NCBI GenBank assembly: GCA_964016885.1
Contig: OZ024746.1
Coordinates: 14,074,001-14,138,000 of the forward strand
DNA length: 64,000 nt
Reading direction: 5' to 3'
Source: Eledone cirrhosa
Lineage: Eukaryota
The stretch's first letter is position 1. Each line of letters starts with the position of its first letter. The translations under genes were made by a program, and so were the position numbers. Under the pieces are notes generated by a model. It did no database searches, was not told where the DNA came from, and saw only the letters and a program-made list of their open reading frames with translations. Shown here one piece after another: positions 27,911 through 41,105 of the stretch.

Positions 27911-27913
<3 letters not shown>
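27790..27913 (+). mobile_element. Degenerate CORE-like SINE
   Basis: GACACGTTGGCCAAGTGCCTTCTACTAC..CTCAGGC..ATTTGGCAGAC resembles the CORE motif CCTTGGGCAAGT and the 23487 copy. Confidence 0.5.
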
Positions 27914-27963
<50 letters not shown>

Positions 27964-28033
27964 ACATTACGATTGACCATACGGAATAGACCAGCTCTAT
28001 ACAGTGGTGAACCTCAAACCTGAATAAATATAT

Positions 28034-28227
28034 ATAACGAAGGAAATGTGGTAAGGAACCAGGTGGACCATAACGCACCAAAGTACTCAATACTTAGGGT
28101 AGTAGAGTGGGTAATAGGAACCAGTAAGACCCCGACGGCTGAGCTCAAGCCGTTTCGACGGCTAATTCTGGTCCAGAATTAGCCGACGAAACGGCTTGAG
28201 CTCAGCCGCCGGGGTCTTACTGGTTCC

Positions 28228-28229
<2 letters not shown>
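28034..28229 (+). mobile_element. PLE-like foldback (family B)
   Basis: ~80-bp tail, then arms at 28115-28171 and 28173-28229 (57 bp, 2 mismatches). TA lies on both sides. Confidence 0.85.
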
Positions 28230-28748
<519 letters not shown>

Positions 28749-28996
28749 AATTTTCTTTTTATTTGCCACCAGGGTATCAAGAAGTGGGACAAGTACAATG
28801 GGGGGAGTTTACATGAAAAGGCGTCCTCAATAAGGAGGAGGCAATAACAAGATATAAAAATAAAATAGAATATAACAAAATAAAATAAAATATAACAAAA
28901 TCCTCAATAGGGAGGAGGCGCCTTGGGGGGTCGCACACACCCCCGAAAAAAAGTGTGCAACCCTTCTCCTCAGGAGCCCAGAGAGGGGGTGCTCCA
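28749..28996 (-). mobile_element. 3' UTR-only copy of the L1/Tx1 LINE
   Basis: Near-identical reverse complement of about 770-1005; ATAG repeats on both sides. Confidence 0.9.
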
Positions 28997-29087
28997 TAGA
29001 TAGATAGATAGATATTTGAAACATTATTATTGGTGTTGTACGGTCGACTAAAATCACACACACACAGACAGACACACACACACACAC

Positions 29088-29118
<31 letters not shown>

Positions 29119-30327
29119 TACACACACACACACACACATTTATATTTTATCCTCTAAAGGGCGTTATCGATAAATGTCAGTCAAATGATTAAATTGATTA
29201 CACTGACGACATACCTTTATATAAATATTTTAAAAATCGATAACACCATGTATGTAGGTTTGTCTGTGTACATATGTGTATGTATATGTGCTATAATATA
29301 ATTATACTACATTCATTTCAACCTGGCTGTACTTTGAATATCATTTTGTTGTTAATGTTTAGCCCGACAACAATTGCCATGAATGGCCTGCAAAGGTCAT
29401 GGACACAACCCCCTTTCCCAAACCAATAAAACATGTGAAATTTAATCGATCAAAGCTATGATCAAAGCCATGCTAGGATTGACTATAGCATCATTTGTTT
29501 CAGGTACAATGTGTATAAAAGACTCTTTCGTGATCGGAACGTTAATTACTTGCTATTTGTATGTTAATTAAATTTCAGAGTCAGTAAATACAAAACAAAA
29601 CATTTTCATTAGCATGAATAACGAAATACATTCTCACTTTGTGTGATTTAATAAATAATTTTAACAAAGTAAATTACAAATCATACTATAGAGAATACAT
29701 TTTATATTTATATTAGGTCCTTAACACTCTATGTGATGTGTGATTTGAACGTGCTTTGGCTGTTATTTCTAGGAGTTCAAGCGGTTGAATATAAGCAAGT
29801 TATTAAGGGAGGTTCAAGTAGCAGAGAATTGAAAATTTAAAATTATAAAAAAGGATATGAAATTATTATTTATTCTTTCATTTCTACGCACGTTTCAATA
29901 CGGTTAAAACATCACATCCATTTGCAGAACAACAGGAAATTAACAGTTAAGAGTTATCCGTATGATGGGTGCTGTATCCCAAGCGTATATCTTGAGGAAA
30001 TCTTATTCAGAAACGTGCTAAGAAACGAAGATAATACGTCGTTTAACAAATTTATTTACATCATTCTTAAACTCCGGAGATGAGAATCATTCGGTTTCCT
30101 GAATAGAATATTAGTCTAATGACTCCATTTACACCATAAACGTGGTTTTGGTTTTTTGACTTTGCGTGAAATTGTTCTCATCACTCCACATAACGACGTA
30201 TTTTATTCGCTTTTTTCCGTTCATTGCCAGGGAACGTCTTCACGAAGCAAAGTATCGTCTTCCTGTTTTCCTTCGGTTGCAACGGTTTTCGAAATATTTA
30301 TTTCTGCGTCCACATATTCATTTTTTC

Positions 30328-30394
30328 AGAAGATCCCGTTAAGGGTGAAAGCAGCGATTCTTTGCTTAAACTTTAATCTGTTATTTTAATAAAT
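30328..30394 (+). mobile_element. Family E pLTR fragment with deviant hammerhead-like core
   Basis: CAGAAGATCCCGTTAAGGGTGAAAGCAGCGATTCTTTGCTTAAACTTTAATCTG is identical to 53274-53327. Confidence 0.7.
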
Positions 30395-30414
30395 GTATAT
30401 ATGCATATATATAT

Positions 30415-30479
<65 letters not shown>

Positions 30480-30481
<2 letters not shown>

Positions 30482-30919
30482 ATATTAATCAAAATATTAA
30501 TAAATGAAGACGTTCGCATAATCAAAATATGTGTTTTATTATATATATTTCGGAGGTACTGTGCTGTTTTTTCAGTACGTCCTCGTCAGATAAAATACAT
30601 GAATTGATGTATGACATACCTCAACTGTCTTGATGGTCCAATTCCAGTATTAGCAGAGAATACTGGAATTGAACCATCAAGATAGTTGAGGGATGTCATA
30701 CATCAATTCATGTATTTCATCTGACGAGGACGTACTGAAAAAACAGCACAGTACCTCCGAAATATATATAATAAAACATATATTTTGATTATGTGAACGT
30801 CTTCATTTATTAATATTTTGAATAATATTAATAACTCCAGAAAACTTATTTGTAGAGTGCTTTTAACCTATTGTAAAACTATATTCATTGAGTAATCAAT
30901 GAACCATATTAATCTTTGG

Positions 30920-30921
<2 letters not shown>
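30480..30921. mobile_element. PLE-like foldback (family C): 172-bp arms + ~90-bp tail
   Basis: Arms at 30480-30651 and 30659-30830 (about 7 mismatches) with a 7-nt loop. TA lies on both sides. Confidence 0.85.
30709..30795 (+). ncRNA. Type I hammerhead-like motif (family C)
   Basis: CUGACGA (30721-30727); stem II GGAcGUACUG/CAGUACcUCC; GAAA (30759-30762); stem III AUAUAU/AUAUAU with an AUU site; weak stem I. Confidence 0.65.
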
Positions 30922-30966
<45 letters not shown>

Positions 30967-31015
30967 AGTATGAAATTTATATTAATGATGTCATATATGT
31001 ACACACACACACACA

Positions 31016-31044
<29 letters not shown>

Positions 31045-31052
<8 letters not shown>

Positions 31053-31274
31053 ATACTTTGGGAGGGTCATGTTGCTAATAAGAAACACACGCACCAGTTG
31101 CTTTCACTTCAATTTATTATAAATTAAATTTATAAATTTAATTTATAATAAATTGAAGTGAAAGCAACTGGTGCGTGTGTTTCTTATTGGCAACATGACC
31201 CTCCCAAAGTATAACAATATCGGTTTCAACACACGTTTTCAGATAAAGAATCTTGCTAAACAAATTCAGAAACG

Positions 31275-31277
<3 letters not shown>
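31045..31277 (-). mobile_element. Family A foldback without ORF
   Basis: Palindrome centred at 31132/31133 with arms of about 88 bp. The tail 31221-31277 is the reverse complement of 1521-1577. Confidence 0.9.
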
Positions 31278-31312
<35 letters not shown>

Positions 31313-32676
31313 CCTGTGGTGCTGAGACCACAAATCATGGACGTATTCACTACATGGAGATGAGGTGCAGAGGAGGTATAGCGAGTGATATAAGGAAATA
31401 AATTGAAAATACAACTGGAGTCTTTTAAGAATATTTATTTATTTACTTTACTGGTTTCACAGTTCTCTCTCTCTCTATATATTACTCTCATTGTAAACTG
31501 CTGGCTTTCGTTTTAGATGTGATTGTAGAATAAAGAGAATAAGACTTATTAATTACATACTGTTTTATAAAAATAATTGGATATAAAGAATATATTGGAA
31601 TAAAAGCAATCTCTTTGGGTATTATAATTCTTTTCGCGTAACATAAGATTAGTGTGATACCTCAGTATGGTTGCAAAATTCTTTGCTGATTACTCAGCGC
31701 ATATAATATAAATATTTAAATAGAACATTCTTTTTGTCTAACTTAAACACAACTGAGGTTCGCAAAGAAACTGTTTTTATTTCACAATATAATGTTTTCC
31801 AATTATTATATGACAAGATATTCCGATGAAAGAAGTTTATTCTCACTGTTCACCTATCTCTTTAAAGATAAAAGCTAAAAACTTTTTAAGAATATGATTA
31901 TATTAAAAATGAGTTATTTCTTTTATCTTTTCGGTGTTACCTTTAGGTATTGTATATCTAATATCATCCCCTTTTTTTATTTTTACATCCACTATGTCTC
32001 CTTATTCTATCCTCTAAGTCGTACATTAGTCTATGTAAGCAATATTGTAAAAAAATAATCTACTACAATATATTTAGCTAACAAATACTAAAGAACAATA
32101 TTACTGAAAGACGATTGATTGGTAAAGTTGTTAGTGTTGACTGAAATGTGTTCTGAAATTTGTTCCAGCCTTCCACGTTCAGGTTTCGAATCCTGTCAAT
32201 GTCTTTGATACCTATAATATTTCGTGGTTGATAATTACGGTACCGGCATTGTGTTAGCGCGGTCTTCTCACCCTCTCGGTGTCATATCCTGGAAAAACCG
32301 AGAGAGTGCCTTTGCTCATGATTACATGGACACCTAAGGCCATTAGCGGAATCATCAAGTCATCTTCGATGTCAAGTGACGACCGTGGAAGTTAAATGGC
32401 TATGAAGGCAGGTGTAATAATATCTGAAGTGGTGAGATCGAGAAAGTTAAAGGAGTAATAACGAACACCACTAGATATCGGTGGTAGTAACAATTGTAAT
32501 AATATTAGAATAAACTGCAATAACAAAGTAAGTAGCAGTATTATTAAATATAACAGCTGCTATAATAGTACAACGATGTAATAATAAGACACAACAAAAG
32601 GAATGATATCAAGTATAGAAGAAACAGTAGCGACACAAGCTCTATAATAACTAACTACATGGAGTGTAGTAGATAT

Positions 32677-32973
32677 CTATCTAAGGCGGGTAAAATTCCC
32701 GAGATCCATGGACGAGTTCTCTCCAGCGGTCTCTGTCCCTCATTATCGCTGCCATGTCCTGCATCTCCAACAGACCAGTGTATGTCCTTAGGGCATCAAC
32801 ATACGTTAACCTTGGTCTTCCTCTTCTAGTGTGTCTATGTATGGGCTCCCAAAGGAGTACTGAGTGTAATGTCAACTCTGGATGTCGGTGAGCATGTCCA
32901 GCTAACCTCAGTCTCCTCTGTGTCACTTTTGAGCTGACTTTTGGGATGCTCCCATACAGCTCTGAGTATACAC
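32677..32973 (-). mobile_element. 5'-truncated RTE-clade LINE with TSD
   Basis: LYG.IPKVS....RRLRLAGH..RHPE.....LLWEP....RRGRPRLTYVD.L...DRDRWR. Direct repeat TGTAGTAGATAT at 32665-32676 and 32974-32985. Confidence 0.88.
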
Positions 32974-33119
32974 TGTAGTAGATATAATAGTCATTATAAC
33001 ACATGTATTATGTAATACGTAGCGAAGTAATATCACAAGTTTTACATCAACAACAATATTAACAGTTGCAAACAGGAAATTACATCGTAAGATGTAAATA
33101 ATGAATTCTGATGTAGACA

Positions 33120-33357
33120 AAAGGCCAACAATTTGCTGGGGAGGGGAAGGTCGATTAAATCAATCCAGTGCGTTACTGGTACTTAATTTTATCGGCCCCC
33201 ATAAGGATGAAAGGGTTTAAACTCAGAACATAAAGAACCGTAACTTTGTGCCGCTAAGCATGTTAACCCGACGCTCTACCGCCCTATAAGATGCAAATAA
33301 TTGTTTCTACTTTTGGCACAAGTCCAGCAATTACCCAGTGCATTACTGGTACTTTAT
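33120..33357 (-). mobile_element. SINE copy (33120-33284) plus a separate SINE 3' fragment (33298-33357)
   Basis: Reverse consensus segments: AAGGCCAACAATTTG, ACTGGTACTT, GGATGAAAGG, TGTTTCTACTTTTGGCACAAG. Confidence 0.75.
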
Positions 33358-33667
33358 TACTAATAATACAAGAAATAATGATGGTATCAATACCGGTAAC
33401 AAGAGTAGTAAGAGTGCAAGTAATATTAGTAACAGTAGCTCCATTGATAGCAGCAACTCTGCAAGTAATAGCAATTATAACCATAAATATAACAATAACA
33501 TCATCAGTAGTAAATACAACCATGTGAAGGAACCGTAACAATAACAACAACAACAACAAAAATATCAACAATTATAGAATTAACAGAATTTAGTTTTGTA
33601 GCCCGAAGTTGTGGTGGAAACAATTGTTTAATTCTTCTTAAGTACTATGTATTATTTTATCTTCTAT

Positions 33668-33780
33668 TGAGTTCAAATCCCGCCAAGGTTGACTTTGTCT
33701 TTCATCCTTACGAGGTCGACAAAATAAAGTACCAGTAATGCACTGGGTAATTGCTGGCCTTGTGCCTAAAGTAGAGACAG
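33668..33780 (+). mobile_element. 5'-truncated SINE with TSD
   Basis: Starts at the B box. TTATTTTATCTTCTAT at 33652-33667 and 33781-33796. Confidence 0.88.
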
Positions 33781-33862
33781 TTATTTTATCTTCTATCAGT
33801 CTAATGTTGAAAATCGAGACTGGATCACACATAGTACACTATTTGATATATATAAGAGTGGG

Positions 33863-33896
<34 letters not shown>

Positions 33897-33900
<4 letters not shown>

Positions 33901-34517
33901 CGAAGGAAATGTGGTAAGGAACCAGGTGGACCATAACGCACCAAAGTACTCAATACTTGAGGTAGTAGAGTGGGTAATAGGAACCAGTAAGACCCCGACA
34001 GCTGAGCTCAAGCCGTTTCGACGGCTAATTCTGGACTAAATGAAAATTTATCCTGGTATTTAAATAGCCGATCTTCTCAAGGGGTAATTCCATATACTTT
34101 AATTTAATTTAATTTAATTTACTTTACTTTTTTCTTTACACTTATTTGCTTTTCTTCACTCTCAGTATTTTTTCTTTCCTATTTCTACCCCCATTGTTCT
34201 ACCTACCGTTCCGACTTCCTCCCCCTCCCCCTCCCCTGTATCTTCTTTGACCTCATGCCCAGCTGTAGCTGGCACTACCAACGCTTGATTGGGTCTACTC
34301 CACCCCCTGCCCTCTTTCTCCTACTGGCAGGTTTAGCCACCATCTCCCCTACTAATTTGCAACCACAGAATTACTACTGATTTTTGACAATCACTTTGAC
34401 CATATATGGAATTACCCCTTGAGAAGATCGGCTATTTAAATACCAGGATAAATTTTCATTTAGTCCAGAATTAGCCGTCGAAACGGCTTGAGCTCAGCTG
34501 TCGGGGTCTTACTGGTT

Positions 34518-34522
<5 letters not shown>
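33897..34522 (+). mobile_element. PLE-like element (family B), longest copy: tail + inverted arm + pyrimidine-rich 3' UTR + sense arm
   Basis: 120-bp inverted arms at 33977-34096 and 34403-34522, identical by eye. TA lies on both sides. Confidence 0.88.
34414..34507 (+). ncRNA. Type I hammerhead ribozyme, U3-A8 core variant
   Basis: Stem I ACCCC/GGGGU; core UUGAGAA; stem II GA(U)CGGCUA/UAGCCGUC; GAAA; stem III ACGGCU/AGCUGU with loop UGAGCUC; GUC site ending at 34502. A mirror copy is on the minus strand at 33992-34085. Confidence 0.75.
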
Positions 34523-34560
<38 letters not shown>

Positions 34561-34574
34561 TATATATATATATT

Positions 34575-34652
<78 letters not shown>

Positions 34653-34761
34653 TAAATTTAGCGAAAACCGTATTTCGGCGGGTAGAAATGTAGAAATTAG
34701 CGTAACGCAACTTCCTTATTGTGCAGACAAGCGCTCCATGGGGATGAAGAAGATACCAGAG

Positions 34762-34853
<92 letters not shown>

Positions 34854-34859
34854 TATATA

Positions 34860-35132
34860 AAGACAGGGGGAAGAAAAAATGGCTTCGCCTGTGCTTTCAA
34901 CAAATTTATTTTCCTCACAAAATCCCAAAAGAATTTTTCTTAAAAAATATTATTTTATAAATTAAGTTGTTGGTTAACCAACAACTTAATTTATAAAATA
35001 ATTTTTTTTAAGAAAAATTCTTTTTGGATTTTGTGAAGAAAATAAATTTGTTGAAAGCACAAGTGAAGCCATTTTTTCTTCCCCCCTATCTTAATATACC
35101 TAACTGTACCAAGGATTACACACATTTTCCAA
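34860..35132. mobile_element. Foldback (family G): ~116-bp arms + ~40-bp tail
   Basis: Palindrome centred at 34975/34976 (TTGGTT|AACCAA) with a few mismatches. TA lies on both sides. Confidence 0.8.
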
Positions 35133-35149
35133 TATATATATATATATAT

Positions 35150-35382
<233 letters not shown>

Positions 35383-35434
35383 TATATAATATATATATAT
35401 TTAATATATATATATTATATATATATCTATATAT

Positions 35435-35683
35435 ATAACGAAGGAAATGTGGTAAGGAACCAGGTGGACCATAACGCACCAAAGTACTCAATACTTAGGG
35501 TAGTAGAGTGGGTATGTGTCTCAACAACAAACTTTTGACCAATCCTAGTAACAATCACTTTTACCATATATGGAATTACCCCTTGAGAAGCTCGGCTATT
35601 CATATACCAGGATAAACATTTTCATTTAGTCCAGAATTAGCCGTCGAAACGGCTTGAGCTCAGCCGTCGAGGTCCTACTCGTT

Positions 35684-35687
<4 letters not shown>
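35435..35687 (+). mobile_element. Family B copy: inverted tail joined directly to a sense pLTR with hammerhead
   Basis: The tail 35435-35514 matches 28034-28113. ACCCC-UUGAGAA...GAAACGGCUUGAGCUCAGCCGUC-GAGGU lies at 35578-35673. Confidence 0.85.
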
Positions 35688-35732
<45 letters not shown>

Positions 35733-35780
35733 AGTACTACTACACACACATATTTGTTGTGAAAGAGTCATTTCTCAATC

Positions 35781-36149
35781 TTGGCGCAAAACCAATTTTT
35801 TATTCACATGACCTCTACCGACCAATCAAAATTGTTTTGACCACAAGAATTTTTGCAACACCAAAGTAGCGCTGGAGCCACTTTTTTAACATAAAAACAG
35901 GTAGAATTCCCAAAACTAATCAGATCAGAGCAAACAACACGGACACTCTATCTCAAAATTATTTTTGAAAAGCATTTAGAAATGCGCAACCGGTAAAAAC
36001 TTAAAAACTTAAAACCACAACTGAATACTAACCCATACAATTACTAATACTCTTTTATTCCTAATTAAACCATTTTTCAACTGTGAACAATTTGTCAGCA
36101 TTTTCTATTCCGTTTACCAATATATAATAACTTGTGTGTTACACCTCTA
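35781..36149 (+). mobile_element. Unclassified dispersed repeat (copy 2)
   Basis: Colinear with 2981-3411 but lacks one internal duplication. Confidence 0.7.
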
Positions 36150-36155
36150 TTCTTT

Positions 36156-36319
<164 letters not shown>

Positions 36320-37434
36320 GTATATATATATATATTACCACACCCCAGGTATCGAGTAACCTGGTAAGTAATGGTCTAACAGGTTTTTACACTGCATCCA
36401 TTCTGATATATATATATATATATATATAATCTAAGGATATCCTATTAAATAAGCGACAAGAATTAATTATATCATGTAATCATAAAATTAGAAGAACTTT
36501 TAAATATTATAAACCTAATTAATATACACTTTACAAATTATTATAAAAACATTTTTTTAAAATTAGTTAACCTATAATTAACATTCTACTACTAATGAAC
36601 TGCATAATTTTATTTCCCTTTTACAGCTATCTTTTCCTAAAATTTATACCAATAAGTATACATATAAACTATTTTAATTTCAGGTTATGAATCTATATTC
36701 CTTATAATCTATATAAATTTGTTATTTCTCACTAATACATTTATCCCCCCCCCCCCCCAATTATTATTATTATTTTTATTTTGCCTTCGTTTTTAACAAC
36801 ATTCTTCAATTACATCTAACTCTTATTTATTATATATATATGAATTAATATAAATTTATCAATATAAATATACCTATCAATTTAATTAATTTATTTTCTT
36901 TTTATAGATGAAAATTCCTTATGTTTTAAATAAGATTGATATTTTTCACTAACATATTTATCGTAATATTTGATTCTCCTTAGATTTTTACATTAGCATT
37001 ATTCTTTTATAACATCAAATTTTCGTGTACCTTTTACCGACTTGACCTATTTTCATCCCCAAAGTAATCTTTTCATTCAAAATACTCTTTCCATTCAAAA
37101 CTGAAGTCTGCTTTAAAATTAAAGTTCCATTACTACTATTCTACCATTTTGACCACTTACTGCCTTTCTATTGGTCAATTCAAAACCTGTTCCCAAACAG
37201 ACCTATTATATTAAATCTTTGTTGGTTTTTTTCAATAAACAAATATCATTATTTCTGAAGACAGCATACATATCTGTAGATATGTATATTCCCTCTGATA
37301 GTTTGTAAAAATTTTACATAGATCTATATAATATACATACCAACACACACATATATTTCCTAGAAACGATCGTAAAATGATGAATTTTTTAATATAAGGA
37401 ACTGTTTCTTTGTTTTTATTCATTATTTTTATTA

Positions 37435-37522
<88 letters not shown>

Positions 37523-38438
37523 TTATGTGTATGTGTGTGCGTGTGTGTTTGCGTGTGTGTGTGCGTGTGATGTGTGTTATCACCGATGTAGTATATTATA
37601 AAACTCATATCAACAAAAACCTTGTCTCTAACCAACACATAAAGACTTTACTAAATGCAATAAACAAATTGTGACATCTTTTCTCTACTAAAACATAAAA
37701 TTACAAACCAATATTCCATCGCTGCAGAATAAAAAGTTAAGCTGCGGGCAAGTTGAGTCTCTGCAGTTTCTATTCACGATAAAAGCCCCTTTCTTGGAGT
37801 GATTAATTATACTAATGGAAAATACATAGCCGTCAAAATATATTTTTTTCGCTTAAATATAGCTTTTTTTCCCTGCCGAAACGAAACCAATATCCAAATT
37901 GTCTTGCGTATATAACGGTATATACATCTTTAAATACTGATCCGTTTGACAGCTTCCAGTTATGTTTTCGACAGGATCTGAAGTAGTCACAATGTACACA
38001 GCACAACATTTTTTCTTTTTACTTGGTAACAGATGTAGTAAGAAGGAAAGAACTACTTGGTGTTCAAGTATCGAACTGAAGGGGAATTGATGTGCTGTTG
38101 TATTGGTTTACATTGTTGACATCGATTCCTCTCAGACAAGAATTATCGAATGCATTAATGAATGAGTGATTAATGGATTGATGGATTGCAGCATTAGTTT
38201 AGAAATTCTACTGTTTGATGTTCATCTGCCTTCTATTATGTAGTTGTTGTCTGTGATTCTCACATTAACAGATATCATGCCGCACACAATTGATGAATAA
38301 TAATCTTCAACGTTAAGAGATAGCCAATAAAACGATATGAAATTACAATGATATTAAATTACAATAATATCTGTTATTAATTTGTTAATGTTTTATCCAA
38401 CTGTTAAATTTGATGTTACCTTGTCAGATAACTAATTA

Positions 38439-38591
<153 letters not shown>

Positions 38592-40964
38592 ACTTATCCA
38601 GTAAAGAAAAAAGAGAAACGAAAGTAGAAAAAAAATGATTGAAAGAAGGAGAAAGATGCCAAAAGAAATTATGGAGACAATATAAATGAATGAAGATGAG
38701 AATGAGAGAAATATAGAGAAGGAAGGGGGAAATAAACGAATTATTCAAAGAAAAGAATTCATGATAGAAAGAAAAGAATGCAATTGTTATGATTGTGAGA
38801 GAGGGAAAGAAAGAACGTTAATAAGTGGCGGAATAAGAGGAGAATGTGAACAAAATACAATAAATACATAAAACTGACAATCTGTGTGTTGTATGGCTAG
38901 TGTATATTATAGATTTTTTAATCAATATCAAGCTTATTAGAGATTTAATAGAAAGTTGTCGATTATACGAGAAACGGAAGGAAGTTTTGTAGCTGGGTGA
39001 AGAAATATTCTTGTAAACGGAAATATGGTTTCTTACAACACAACAGATGTTAATTATGCTATACTGATTTTCTAACATTTCAGAGGGAAATGTTTTAAAC
39101 CTTTAAAATTGATATTTCATGAATTACTTCCAAATAAATAGGAATAAAGTATCTTTAACTACATTTGATGTAATAGAATTAAAGGTATTATATATTGGCA
39201 ACAGTAAAACTACAGCAGCCAGTGTTGTGAAAGAAATACTTTAAAACTGTTTAACTACTAGTAGTAAATAAAACAGACATTTTAACTCTGTATGTATATC
39301 CCAGCATATCTACAGTTGGATGGATAGTATCAGTAAAACAATAAGTAATGAGATTTATATTATCTAACATATTCTTTTTGTGTGTAATTTGAAGAATATC
39401 TAGCTGCAATTAATACAAATGTGCCAACATCTAAAGCCCCAAACGGGGAGTACCATAAAAAAGGTCTCCCAAAACAGGAAGAAATGAGGCAAAATAGGCA
39501 GATTTTACATAATGAAAGCTATACCCATTTTCACAAGAGAAGACATCTCTCACCCACCCCCAAGTGGGTGGGCGATTTCCCCGTCGGATAGGGAGTGTTG
39601 GCAGATTTGATTAATAGGATGTCGAATGATCTCGTAAAGACATCCTCACTTGTAAGCATACCTTAGGTTCGAAGAGGTTTTATCTTTATTACTAGTATAA
39701 GTGTATTTTATTACTAGTTTATTGCTAGTATTGTATTACTAGTTTAAGTGTTTTAAAGTATCTTGTCATAACATCAGCTGTTGAAGTTTTAGAATTGTCA
39801 AGATAATATGTAATTAGTCTAAGTTAAAAGTTGTATCTTTAATCTGTAGTTAAAGATGCCGCATTACCATTTATTTGCGTATAATGGAAGGAAATCCTGG
39901 AAATAGCAATATAATCGATGAAATATTAACTTAACATTTTTAAAAATATTTCCACCGCACAACTGAAAAAGACAGAATACTATGTGCTTGAAAATATAAA
40001 CGAGATCATCATGGTTGAAATACATTTGATCATAGATGTGTTTTATTGGGACTAAACTGAAGATAAGCAACAACAGCTAGATGTTGATTCCATACTTAAG
40101 TATAAAGACCAACATCTAGAAGTAAAGGGAATTTAAGCGGAATGCAGCATCTAGGAACATATCCACAGCTGCAAGTAAACCACTTGGTGATGTTGAGAGT
40201 TTAGTTTTATGAAAGATGTGGATGAAGATGCATACTTAGAAGGATAATATTCATAATATACTTATTTATCTCAATTTAATCCGAAGTAAAGCACGTCAGC
40301 TGTCTGGGTATCATAACAACAACTGGCGGAGTTATTGACTTGAAGTAAGTGAAGATTTTGGGAAAGAGTGTTGTGTGAGAGAATGGCGAGGTTAGAATTT
40401 TAAAAACTTCATTCGACAATAATCCGACTATTGATAAAAGAAAAAGTTGAGACGGATAAGTATATGCTGGGCCTAGAGGTGACAAAGTGAACAAGACTGT
40501 ATGGAAAGTCAATGTGTCATTTAGAGATCCGAGAGAATAAGTAAATGTATTGGTTATATCTGTAAGATTGATATACATATATAGAAATCCTGATTAAGGA
40601 GTGTCAGTCAGGAGGATATTGAAAAGATTGACTGATAAGATTAAATGGTGAAGATGTTGGTGATTAACTCTAGGCCAGTCAGATTAAGTAGACAAGTGAT
40701 TAAAAGTATTCTGGGCATGATTGTCCCATTTTCATTCAGGCACCGCAAATCTAATACTATGTTATCCAATATAGTTTTAGATATAAGTTTGTTAAAGACG
40801 GTAGGCAGTGATTTAATGGGAATTTATTTGCTATTTATAGCAAATCAAGCAATCTTGTTGTGGCTATCTTGTCGAATGATACAGATAGTAGGAGTAGAAG
40901 GTCGCAATCATGAGTGAAGCCAAGAAATATGGTGTGTATCGAATTTCCAAATGATAACTACATC

Positions 40965-41015
40965 AGAGAGAGAGAGAGAGAGAGAGAAACAGAGAGAGTG
41001 AGAGAGAGAAAGAGA

Positions 41016-41100
<85 letters not shown>
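40965..41100. repeat. (AG)n microsatellite
   Basis: Read directly. Confidence 0.95.

Positions 41101-41105
<5 letters not shown>

Noticed and set aside
36430-37440. Possible decayed PLE RT region next to the TA cluster
   Set aside because: No RT motif was recognisable in any frame.
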